Below, in pieces: positions 1 through 11,450 of a stretch of DNA of 64,000 nucleotides. A program made the translations under genes and the position numbers. Under the pieces are notes generated by a model that was not told the DNA's origin, made no database searches, and saw only the letters and a program-made list of their open reading frames with translations. The stretch is from Anthoceros angustus (taxonomy: Eukaryota; Plantae; Anthocerotophyta): positions 1-64,000 of the forward strand of contig VJWM01000019.1 in NCBI GenBank assembly GCA_010909165.1. The letters run 5' to 3'. Numbering within the stretch: position 1 is the stretch's first letter; every line of letters starts with the position of its first letter.

Positions 1-1499
1 ATGGAGAAATGTAGGTATTAAGATGATGAGCAATTGGAGGAAGACTTAAATATGGTTTTCATTCATGGAAGACTTAAATTATGAAGTACACCGACCAAGA
101 CTTAAGTAATGAAGAAGATATTGATGAAGAATTAAATGATGGAGAAGATTGTGACAAAGACTTTAAGTAATGAAGAAGATTTTGAGGAAGACTTTAGTGA
201 TTGAAAGAGATTCGGATGAAGACTCAAGTAATTAAGGAGACACTCACGAATTCATGATGAAGTCAAGGTAGTATGAAGCATTGTACAATGAATGATAAAA
301 TATTGATCTAAGGAATATGTACGAGCATAAGGACAAGAACAAAAGTTTGACCGCTTATAGCTTTTTATGGAGTTGGCCACGCGCATGTATGGCTCTTTGT
401 CCACTTACTTGGCCCCTGGAGTTCGGTGAACCCTAAGCCCACGAAGGGGTAGGAGCTACAAACAAGAATTGCAAGGGCTCCTCATGAGCGGATGGAAGAA
501 ATTATTCATGAGCATGGATGGCATGCTCGATGGAGGCTGGCAAGCTTGTGAGTTCAACCTATCCCACTTGCGTTGTGTATGGACACCGCCTACTTCGTAC
601 ATTCCCTTCAGCTGCCTTTTTGCTTCCTACTGAAAGCCCTTTGAAACAGTCACCGATCTCCGGATAAATTGTCACGCTTTAGAATTTGCAACCATGATGA
701 TGGGGTGTGTTCGACGATCCTCTTGTACCTCACTTGCTTTCCCTCTTTCATTACCACGTTTCCAAAACCTAACACCTTGATTGTCCTTGGCGGCTCCCCA
801 AAGAAAGAAAAGGAGGAGGAATAGCTTAGCCGCCTGAGCAAAGGTCTTCTCGACAGCCCATCTCACCTCCTCCATGCTCGTATATGCTCAATCGATGTAG
901 GAATTCAAAATATAGGAATCCGACGTGTGGTGATGTCACCGCAAGTTACTTTGTGATAGCTAGATTGATGATGGTAGACATAGTTACTATTTGGAACCTC
1001 ACTTGAGGCTATAAAAGAGGGATGGTGGATTGCTCCATGCATATCGAAAAATCGAGACATGATGTGTTGAGACATGATGAGAGATGATGTTGAGATGTAA
1101 GAGCATGGTTAATTTGTTTTAATTGACAAATGACATGATAGGTTGAGACATGTACAAGAGCATGCACAATTTGGATAATGACATGATATGTTGAGACATG
1201 TATAAGAGCATGCCTAATTTGTTTTAATTATACGATAATGTATATTTTTCCAAGAGGGAATGGAAAACCTATAACAACGATACAAAGAATCAAGAGTGTT
1301 CTTGCTGATACGGTCTAGGTGTCACTTTCTCCCCAAGATAAAGATAAAGATCACAGAGCAAAAATTTCCACTTAACAAGATCAGGCATCACTGAGCTAAA
1401 ATTGCATGCTACTTGGTTCTTGCGAGTCAGTGACCGACTTCAAGCAATACCATGCCATAGTGAGGAAGATGATAAAAGACCACAAAGATCGTGAAATGA
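1..1499 (+). repeat. Partial macrosatellite unit: end of acidic tail plus spacer of the ~3.7 kb repeat
   Basis: Co-linear with the units from 25700 onward: acidic repeat, GGAGTTGGCCACG block, TTGAGACATGT subrepeats and CCAAGAGGGAATGGAAAACC block. Ends at GAAATGAT (1500). Confidence 0.95.
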
Positions 1500-2251
1500 T
1501 GCTTGAGGCAAGCTACCTTCTTGGGAAGGCGATGGCTCTACAGAGGTTTCGCAAATTGTCTAGGTTTTTTCGCGGTTTTCTTGCTCTCAAAATCATTACC
1601 GTGGTTGGACTCGTGGAGCGACCTCTTCAAAGATGAGGATGTTGACATGAACTTTGCACTGAAAACGCTTCAAATGCATCAAGGCCATCGAGTCTTCCTC
1701 TTCCTTGTGTACATGACTTTTCCAAAGTCCGATGTCGATTCATTAAGAAGTGAGTCCACACAAAGTAAGTCTTGATGATGCTTTGTATTCGATGTCGACT
1801 TTATCTTTGTCTTCTCTCGATTGAGTCAATCAACTTCAATTTTGATAGGCACTTTCCATTGAAAAGATAAGAAAAATCATCCACATCTAATTGGATAATT
1901 TTCTTTCATATATCGCGAATGCTTTCCTTGCTCTTAAAGGTCTTGCTCCTTCGCTATTCTTGCAAAAGCTAGTGGACCAAAGATCTACTCGCCCAATATG
2001 GATCACGTTTTGAGGCTTACCAAACTTTCCACATCCACATGTCGTTTGGACCCGGCCAAGGCATGGGTGCATACTGCCACCCATATCCCGACTCTTTGCT
2101 TCAAGCTGGAAATCGTCTGGAAGACATTGAGGTGCACGAAAGGACCACTCGCCATCTTCGAGTATGTGATTGGTTTTGGAATCGAGTGTGGAGAACCGGA
2201 TATTGTATCCTCTTCCGAACTCTCGAGAGTTGATGAGTTTGTTATCTTCAT
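1500..2251 (-). pseudogene. 5'-half copy of the array gene (DUF7081-like domain, truncated just before the U-box)
   Basis: Minus-strand ATG AAG ATA ACA AAC at 2251. The reading runs into the inversion breakpoint at 1500, just upstream of the U-box coding region. Confidence 0.75.
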
Positions 2252-3125
2252 TATCGTGAATTGTTCACTCCACAAGTACCAATATAACAAGTCCAATATA
2301 TTGGTATTGAAAGCTTATTAATAAGCTAGAGAAGAATCTTTAATGGAGGACCTACTATCTCGGGTAAACTCAATTAAAAAGCTAGTAAGCGTGCTCAATT
2401 GAAGAGCTAATACATGTATATCTTCAAATATAGGTGATGCAATTATAATCTTTCACACGTTGTTGAGATATGCTTTATGCGACAAGTGTGGAGCAAACAC
2501 ATAAAGTCGACACGTAGCAAAATATATAGGACACAAAACATATAATATCTTGATGTTGAGATATACTTTACACCACAAGTGAAGAACGAAACACATGAGC
2601 TAACGATAGAACTTTTGAATACTAGGCCGCCAAACCTTTATAAAGGGCCATGAGCTAACTATAGTATGTGTTTCTTATGAATTCTAGGCCGCTAAACCTT
2701 TATAAAGGCCATGAGCTAACTATAGTATTGTTCATTTTATGTTATTATTATGCTTAGAATACTACTTACACTATGCTCCAAATTTAGAATAGTAGCTACT
2801 TACAACAATTTAACTTTCTAATGCAATAATCTTCACTTGGGTCCAATTTTTCTTAATCTTACAACATAATGACCCTCACTTGGAATGACATCCTTCCTAA
2901 TCTATCTCCGAGTAGCCATATCCGATCCAGCTCAATTAAAGAGCTATGATCTCCAAGTAGGCTCAATTAAGGCGCTTATATTAAGCTCTCTCTTTAAGTA
3001 TATGCAATGTAATCCTAATATTTTCATACGACTAGTACGTGTATGTTGTCATTATTCATTATCCGACAATGACTTCATCTTTGTCTTCTCTAGTGTCCGC
3101 TCACACGTTTTGCTCCAAGACATCT
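1500..3125 (-). repeat. Inverted 1.6 kb segment of the macrosatellite unit (promoter side plus 5' part of the gene)
   Basis: Reverse complement of the unit from ...AGATGTCTTGGAGCAAAACG to ...TGCCTCAAGC. Minus-strand ORFs (2003..2296, 1887..2084) match plus-strand ORFs at 24535 and 42176. Confidence 0.95.
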
Positions 3126-3129
3126 CACG

Positions 3130-4920
3130 AGGACTCCTCCTCCTGAGTGTGAACTCCTTCTCTTCTTCTTCTTCTTTCCCCTAGGTAGATTTCTTCTTCC
3201 TTTGGTGCAACGATTCCTCATAGTTCTCCGCCTTGCCCTTCCTTCTCGGCCAGCGTGGGCGTGCTTAGCCATGGGTTTGGCTAATCCGGCGCAAACCACC
3301 ACCAAAGATGGTGTGAGTGGGATGCCTATCCCAGAGCGTAGAACCGCAGAGCCTAACTTCCTTTTACCCCTCTTCAAATCTTTCCAGCTTGATAGAACAT
3401 ACCTCCGATCGATCCCGTCCGAGGCATCCTTGAAGCCTCAAAAATGTATGCTGGCGTTTACTACCTCCTACCATGGGTTGCCCCGTGAGAACCCCTTGGA
3501 AAAGCTGGATGAGTTGTGCATCCGACCCTTCCTCGTTGAAGTTAGCTCTTGACACGAAATCCTCCACAAACGTCTCCGCGTCCCTTTCCTTCTTTCGCCC
3601 GAATATGGAGTACGCGTGCTTAGTCGAGGTAGGAACCATTCTTGCCGCCAAAAAACAAGCTAGGCACTACTACTCCACCGACTTCAGTTGAGGGCCTTTG
3701 CATTCCGTACTCTTCTTGGTCCAACAGTTCCGCAATGCTCTCTCTTCCTTAGCTGTTAGCACTCTCCCGTTGAACCTGCCGTCTCTCTCTCTCGGCCGAG
3801 AGTATGGCCCGCCCTCCCGATGCTTCCGCTCTTGGCCGCCGCTCGACCACCATGCATTCAACGTTTCTATCCTCTCTATATTTACAATATCCCAAGCTAC
3901 TAAACGATCTCATTCAAGAACGCCAAAATGTGGAACTTTTTGCACGGCGGCGGTGCATCGATCCTGTGTCGTTATGGTATGGGGTCCGCTCCTGGACAAT
4001 GATTTTGGCCATAGCTCTCACTCGCTTGGCCCTTCGATCCGACATCAACCACCCATTTGAGTACCTATGGGCATCCATCCTCAAGTGTATTGCCTTAGAA
4101 GCCTCGACCTTCCTTCCCCTCTGCCTAGCACCACCCTCCGATTTCCTCCGTTGGGTAATTGTATACCGCCCGAGTGCCTCCACCGTCCAATGCTGGAATC
4201 CTCCTCAAGCTCTTAGAGCGGACGGCCTTATTCACCACCGCTTAGCTTCCGGCATATTCCCCGACCAGCCATGTCGTGAGGTCGGATGGCTCGAACACGT
4301 CTGGTGCCACTCCGCACAAGCTCGCCTTCCTCTAGCCACGGCCCAAGTCCAGGGCCGCTTGGTGATATTCTTCTCCACTCTGTCCAAGGCACCGAGACTG
4401 CCTTCTTGGGTGCCATGCTCGCCCCACTCATGAGTAGCTCTTGCGCCATGACTCCCATCGTCCTTAGCCCCACAGAGAAGCGGTACCGAGAAGGCTGAGC
4501 CTCGGTCGGAGTTACTGGGAGAGCAAAGCCAGAGCCGGGTGACGGCTCGAGATCGAGAATGGCCAAGACACTAAGTCCGGGGTCTCCTTCTTCTCCTAGG
4601 CATGGGCGGGCATAATCGCCACGTGGGAAGATGTCCTTCGTGGCCAATAGCTCCCACCCCACGGCATCTAGTACCGCACTTTCACGCCCGCCGCCTTTTT
4701 GGGCGCCCCTCGGTCGTGACTCTGGCCCCGCTATAACGGCCTCGGCAAGTCCGTGGCCCCCTCCTCCACAAGTCATCGGCCCTATGCCACCTTCACGTGT
4801 CAACCTTCCATAATTCGACCCACTCCTTCGAATTTGCCTTTCTCGTCTCCACAGGGACCTCCTCCGGACCTTGCAAAGTGAGCTGTTGGCGGAGTTGGCC
4901 ATATAGGCCTTATTATCCAC
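3130..4920 (-). mobile_element. Degenerate Ty3/gypsy-like LTR-retrotransposon fragment: unknown ORF upstream of a gag remnant
   Basis: The minus ORF 3364..3651 (FGRKKERDAETFVEDF...SDAQLIQLFQGVLTG) and downstream frame pieces (RRYVLSSWKDLK...VVCAGLAKP) resemble retrotransposon gag (Retrotrans_gag type). ORF pieces 4228..4920 and 3914..4183 lie upstream on the same strand. No LTRs were identified. Confidence 0.55.
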
Positions 4921-6323
4921 GCTTATCCTTTATTTTAACACAATCACAAAACAGAAACTCCTATAATCGACTAGAAGGAGTCAAAGCAATCGTCCCTTGT
5001 CCACTATCACTGACTTTATAGTCACCTTGAAGAAGTGTGACTCTTGGGAAGTGAGATCACATATCTAGTCCGATATTCCTATAACTCTCGCTCTTGACTG
5101 CTACTCCTCAAGGTCAAGAACGGAGTGTTTGAGGTGCTACGAAATACATGACAACCGCTTCTGTGAATTCACGGAAGCTTGCTCACCGCCACGTTGTACT
5201 CGCAATATCATTAGCTGGAGTCTTGGGATGGACCAAATTATGGCCACCTGTGTCGTGACCAAGGTGGATGTTATCGTCAACTTTGCAACCAATACAAACT
5301 TGATGCCTGTGACATTTCAAGTCCTCGCCACCATTCCAACGAAATCAAATCCTAACTTTGAGAGGTTCGTCAGAGAGATCTCGTGAAGATTGAACCAATA
5401 ACAAACTAACAAAGTTTGAGCACTTGGTTGCTCTCTTTAAACCGTATACTTTCTACCAAGGAAGATGAGTACAGCAGTCAGTGGAGTCTCTCATCTTGAT
5501 ATACTACCGCTTATGTGTCAAATGTTTTGTGGTAGTAATTAGTGCAGGCTGATTGGCGTTTGGCAACAGCTTGAACCTTCAAAATGAGCTATCTCCAAAG
5601 GAAGAAGCTAATTTTGAGCACTTTAGTGGGCGCAAAATTGACAGGTACCACTAATTATCCAACATTTATCTACCAGGACTGCGACAACATGTGATGAAAG
5701 GTGGCAGTAGGTTCACATAAGGTTGAAGTTACAAGATGATGGTTTTGCACTCTTATACCTCACCCGTCTCATTCCAGTTTAAAAGAGGGTGTGAAGTTAG
5801 AATAGATCTCCTTGACTCTAGAGTTTATGGAAAAGATAATAATAATACAGTAATTAATCAAAAGTTAATTCATTACTAATTAAATAGTAGAATCTATTAT
5901 AATCTCATATGTGTTTTGTTATTCGATCATGTGATATCGAATGTGTAAATTAAATATTAACTATATAAACTTTCATATTGCAGACCTTATATAGTTCTAA
6001 TTATATATTATTGCAATCTCAAGATTATGTGAAAAAGAAAAATATAAGAATAAAAATAATAATATACGCACAAAACATGGAGTATATGACCTTTTGTTAT
6101 CGAGAAACTAATGTAATTCCAGCTATATATGTATTACATCAATAAAAAGACAAGCATATGAATTAAAAATCAACACATCAACTCTTGTCATCAAGAGACT
6201 AGTGTATTTGCAACTATATGTGTGAACCAATACAATTTGCAACTATATGTAAAAGCCAATACAATAGTTTAATTACTCTTTGGATTCTAGGTAGGTAATC
6301 ATTTGTGGTATTGGTTTTGCATA

Positions 6324-6470
6324 GTTTCTTGTTGCACATGTCTTGATGACCTTGTTTCTTGTTGCACATGTCTTGATGACCTTGTTTCTGCACATGACCT
6401 TGATGACATGTCTTGATGTTGCTTGTGCACATGTCTTGATGACCTTGTTCTTGTTGCATGTCTTGATGAC
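6324..6470. repeat. 30-bp minisatellite (GTTTCTTGTTGCACATGTCTTGATGACCTT), 2 perfect plus ~3 degenerate copies
   Basis: Direct reading of 6324-6383 and the degenerate copies that follow. Confidence 0.9.
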
Positions 6471-6730
6471 TCTGTGTATTAGTTAGGATGTGAAAGTTTT
6501 GAATTTTAAATTGTGTTATCTTTTCTTCGCAATTTTGAAGGAATGTAAGAGTTGCTCACAAGCGTGAGTTCTTTTTCTCATGTGTTTGGAATTAGGTAGT
6601 TGATGAAGCCTATTTTAATATTATTTTATGATGTAGGATGTGTGAATTCATTTTTCTTTTTCCATCATGGCACCCATTCCACGGAAATTAAGGACAAAGA
6701 TAGGGCTTTCCTAGTTTTAATTCACTAATC

Positions 6731-7012
6731 GAGGAATTGCCTATATTGGAGTTAGATGAAACTTGGGAAGGGTATCCATATGCCCAAACCATTTCCAAGC
6801 AAGGATGACAAATGGAGATTGTTGGTCCCAGAGCCATGTCCAAGACAAGTGGGTATTATGTTGTCATGTCATAGGGCACCTAGGGCATTTCTTAAATCGA
6901 AGAACATTCCCGAAATTCTTGTTCGGACAAATTGAAAGTATGTGAGAGAGCATTATCCGGAGCTGAAGAATATGCTCAGCAGCTTGCTAGTTCCTTTCAA
7001 TGGAAAATACCA
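6731..7012 (+). pseudogene. Diverged paralogue of the array gene's N-terminal DUF7081-like domain (frameshifted)
   Basis: Joined frames read EELPILELDETWEGYPYA/PKPFPSKDDKWR...RAPRAFLKS...KYVREHYPELK/ASSFQWKIP. This aligns by eye with the array's LPTVEAKESGYGWPYAPMPWPGPNDMWMW...TAPLAFCKN...RYMKENYPELDVDDFFLSFQWKVP. Confidence 0.75.
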
Positions 7013-8049
7013 CGTATGAACAATCATCCAGACATGTGGTAACAAGTAAAACTTATGGCGTCCTTGCATCCTTCCGGGATGTGAGTCGAAGAAGCTTGAC
7101 AAGTTCATGCTTTCCAAGAAGAGAGATGCCACGACAATAAACTCGGTACTAATATTCTTGGATCACGATTGGAAACACTTGCAATTTTGTTGAAAATGGT
7201 GGGTCCGACGAGAGGCTTGAGGCTAGGCTTATCATGCAAAGTCAAATTAGTTCCATCACTCGAAAGAAAAAGCAATAAGTGATTCTTCTAAAGAGGATAA
7301 AAGAACAAGATATCAACACCTCTCTAAGAGGAGTAGAAGACATTTAGTCAACGCTTCAACTCTTGGACTTTCTTCCGTGGGACTAAAGCGGCAAGGGTTC
7401 TAAGTTGCAATCTCCCACACTAGATCCGTGGTTGAGCCAATTCCTTCCACTTGCCGCTAATTTGAGATTTAAGAAAGGCAGTGTAGATGATTTTTCTCAT
7501 TACCGTATTAGATCTTCGTACTTAGCTCTTGTATGAACATCTTGTGGCAAATGGATATTTCATGTTTTATATGAATTTCAATCACTATAGTATACTATTT
7601 CACTCCATATGTTAGTTTTCTTGAGCCATAAATCACATATTAGTTTTTCACGATAACTATATTTTGGAAGTAGAAGTATGTATAACTCAATCCTCGACCC
7701 AACATTTATTAACACACTTGAGCCCAACGTTTATTGACACTTGAAGCCTAAAATGACGATCCATTGTAAAGTGTGATATGTTGTATGATAATTTGAAGTT
7801 TTTAGATCTTTTACAGTAATTAATTAATTAAACTAGGAGAACGATGTGTGAAATGTGATGTATCGCTTGGAACACCCTAAGGTTCTTTTTCGAGTAACCA
7901 CGCCTAGGGCACTAAGAATCATTTTTGAATAACCACGTCCTATGGCACTAACGCTAACAATCGGCCCCATACTCTATAGAGACGAAGGCATGGTATTTAG
8001 CTAGCCCCTGCCATGAACTTGGGGATGGACAACACCCCATCCGAGCACC

Positions 8050-8900
8050 GATCCAATCAAGCATGCTTAACTTGGGAGTTCCATCACTCCTTGAAGGAGG
8101 ACACCTTTATGTGCAAAACGGGCAATCCAATCACACGTTGGCCAAAGCACACTTGGAACTGCCGACATGTTGCTCAAACCAAGTCGGGTTTGGGCATCAG
8201 CCAGCCTATTAGTCACTACAAAGTTAGTGTGGACAAAGAACCCGTGGCGACCCACATGGCCACCATATCACATCCACTACGGTCATGCCATTGTTCACAC
8301 CACACTTTGCCCGTGCCATGCAACCATCAACCACGGCCTTTTCGTTCACATGACATGTCTACTGCCGCCGTCAAAGCTCCAATTACGAAAGCCAAGGCTC
8401 CGCGTGCCGTAATCCATCCGTCCGTGTTCAGTATTCATCGTAATCGACTATATTCATATAAACCTCGGATCCCATCTTTATAAACATCATACCTCTACTC
8501 CGGGCAAATTTGAAGAGGAAACGCCACAACTCCTCAAAAGTTGAGCTTGGGCGGCCTTGATGAGTGAGGCCCCACACACTCTCATGCCTCTTTTCCCGAA
8601 TCGTTGCTTCCTAGATGCTCGCCACTGCGGAGCCTTCCGCCACCACATCACCTCGGGAATTAATGAAGGTCAGGCATCCCAAGCCCAACGGATGTGCCCA
8701 AGCTGGGATGCCTTTGCGGGTGGTGCGAGGGCGATCTTGTGAGGGTGCCTCACTTAGGGCGATCCGCTCCACACTCTCCCGGGCCACATATCAACCAACT
8801 CTTAGTAGATTGCTGGCATTCTTCCGACTCACCCTCTTGCAGATCTGTGTTCAATCACTTAGGATATTTCTCTGACCCAGCACTAGTCGAAGCGCCTAGC
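8050..8900 (+). mobile_element. Probable L1-type LINE ORF2 3' remnant (post-RT region)
   Basis: Fragments VAQTKSGLGISQP (compare LINE PK..GGLGI) and RLTLLQICVQSLRIF (compare TLW.IW..RN..IF) occur in the expected order. Heavily degenerate. Confidence 0.4.
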
Positions 8901-9499
8901 GAGCAATTGACACCGGAGCGCTCCAGATCCCAAGCGTCGAGGCGCGCCACGAGCGATCGGCGGCGCCCACGTGCTAAGCCGTGGAGGCCACGCTCATAGA
9001 CACCAACACGCATGTGCGCGGAGCCACGCTGCGTGTGACATACTGTTGGCGGCGGCCGGGCACACACCATGTCCCACATCGTGTAGTATGTGATTCGATA
9101 CCAAGGGAATATATTGCGCCGCACGTCACCCTACTATTTTCAAACCACTTTGGGGAGTTCCCGCTCGGTTCATACCAATATTAACAAACTTGCCCCAGCC
9201 ACCAGGCCACAAACTCCGACGTCGGAGGATTCACCGGACCCACCTGGAGCTCTACGCGATGCTATTCCAGTGGGCGCGATGCCCGGTACATTAGGCGAGG
9301 CCGGCTGGGTCCGCATGTGAACCCGCGCGGCTAATCGCGCGTTGTGCCATAAGAAATACCTAGAGGACAACCCGACCCGCTCAGCGAATCGGACCGCTTT
9401 TGAGTCACTATTAATTATTTGTTGCTGCCTTTTGGTACCAAAAGCTGTAACCTTGGTACCAAAAGCTGTACCAAAATCTGGCGTAGATAGACTATTCTA

Positions 9500-10495
9500 T
9501 TCCTCAGTCCATCTTATATGTCGTGCTAAAACTTTGTGCGAGATAAGAAGGACATGGTTGTGGGATGACGCATCTCACGTCAAACTTGGGTACGAGTCAA
9601 TCACATACTTGGGGAACCATATCTTGTGTATGTATCCGGAGGTAGGCTACGAGGAGGGTGGCAAACCAAATCCCTTCATGTGGTTTTCAATAATCTCCGC
9701 ACATGCTACACATGGGGAGCCTAATGAGGCGATACAACTTTACATGTGTGTCGCCTGTGAAGGCGGATGCCCACATCTTTGTAGCACCCTTCAAGCTTGT
9801 GCATTTCCGTGGACTCGAATCTAGCGTAAAAGTGCGCAGCATGATATGTTGCAGTGACATTCCACCGAACTTGTTTATTGCCAATCGGTGGACATGTACG
9901 CAAACCTGGTGAACTGGAAGAGGCACACACGGTTTTCGATAGGTTAGGAAAGGATGTCGTGACATGGACGGCCCCGAGATAGTTGGGTATGCAAATCATG
10001 GGCTTGGCCAAGAGGCGCTTGTTCATGGACAAATGGAGAAGGAGGGATTGTGGGCAACCATGTTTTTTGCTTGCCTCAAGGCTGTGCAAACGCAAGTGCC
10101 TTATGGCTGCACTCTGATTGTGGAGAGAGGGCCTAGATAACACACTTGTGGGCACTTGCCTGGTGGACATGTAGGCAAAGTGTGGCGAAGTAGAAGATGC
10201 GCATCAAGTTTTTGCAATGCTTGAGCCCAAAGGATGTGGTGACTTGGAATGCCCGATTGCCGGTATGGATGTAAAGGGCTTGGTCAAGAGGCGCTATTTT
10301 TGTATGGACGAATGCAACAGGAGGGCCTCGCTTGTGGCGATGAGGTTACTTTTGCTTGCCTTTTGAAGGCATGTGCAAGCATTGGTGCCTTCTGCGGGCG
10401 GTGTAGCCGCACTCACTTGTGCAAAGAGGACATTTGGATAACGACTTGTGGGCGCCTGGTGGACTGTATGCCAAGATGCATGCCTGCTTTTGACT
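9500..10495 (+). pseudogene. PLS-class pentatricopeptide repeat (PPR) gene remnant
   Basis: Motif pieces: VKLGYESITYLGNHILCMY, WFSIISAHATHGEPNEAIQLY, GLGQEALFLYGRMQQEGLACGDEVTFACLLKACASIGA, and GLVDMYAKCG-like DNA (CTGGTGGACATGTAGGCAAAGTGTGGC). Many frameshifts. Confidence 0.85.
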
Positions 10496-10559
10496 AGGAA
10501 AATTCTTACACCGACATTTACAATGCGCTGGCACTATTATAAATCGATAAATTTGTATA

Positions 10560-11450
10560 ACATTTTACAATGTATTTGCAATGAACATGCACATCGCAAT
10601 TTCACTAATATATAGCCTCATAAATGACATAAATCAGGAAAAGGTCTCTTCCACATATTTACAATTACATAAATAAAGCATGCCACATCAGAATCTTACT
10701 AATATATAACCTCATAAATTACATAAATAAGGAAAAGGTCTCTTCCAAAATTTTACAATGGCATTTATAAAACATGCCACATCAGCAAATAATATATTTA
10801 TTCATGGATATTGGCTTTGCATTTTACAACCATAGTTACGACGCATGTGCCACGTCAAGAATATACAATAAAATGAATAATCCAATAATATAACATAAAT
10901 TGGAGAAACCATTTTACAATGATATTTGCAATGAGCTTGCCATGTCAGCAAATAATAAATTTATTTTATAGATATTTATATAAAATGGTTTTCATGCTTT
11001 TACAACCATAGCTACAATGCATGTGACACGTCAAGAATACAAAAAAAAAGATAATCCCATAACTAACATAAATCCAGAGAAACATATTTACAACATCATT
11101 TGCAACGAACTTGCCACATCAGCAAATAATAAATCTATTCATAGATATTCCAATAAATGGTATTATTCCAAAAATCAAGTCTTGCACAATTTACAACCAC
11201 ATCTACAACAAACATGGTTTACAACGCCTTTTACAAGTACCGCTTACAACATCCTTTATGCCACGTCATTATAAATTCAACAAAATGTAGTTTTATTAAC
11301 AAATAACCCCCATAGTTTTCTAAATCAAAAGAGTTTATGCACAATTAACAACGCATGTACAACGAAAAGCCATGTCAACAAATCGTTGTAAAAATCGTGT
11401 CAACATGCCATGTCAACAAACCTTGTAAAATCCATGCCACATCATATTAG
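10560..11450. repeat. Degenerate AT-rich satellite-like repeat with ~94-bp and ~165-176-bp periods and a recurrent TGCCA(C/T)(A/G)TCA motif
   Basis: CAACCATAG at 10827 and 11003. CAGCAAATAAT at 10783, 10946 and 11120. The CTAATATATA...GGAAAAGGTCTCTTCCA block occurs at ~10605 and ~10699. Confidence 0.75.

Noticed and set aside
5129-5386. 85-aa ORF (or GFDFVG on the minus strand) as an integrase/transposase fragment
   Set aside because: Only a short motif resemblance, and I could not determine the coding strand or family.
6324-6470. CRISPR-like array from the 30-bp repeats
   Set aside because: The repeats are directly adjacent with no unique spacers, no cas genes are present, and the context is eukaryotic.
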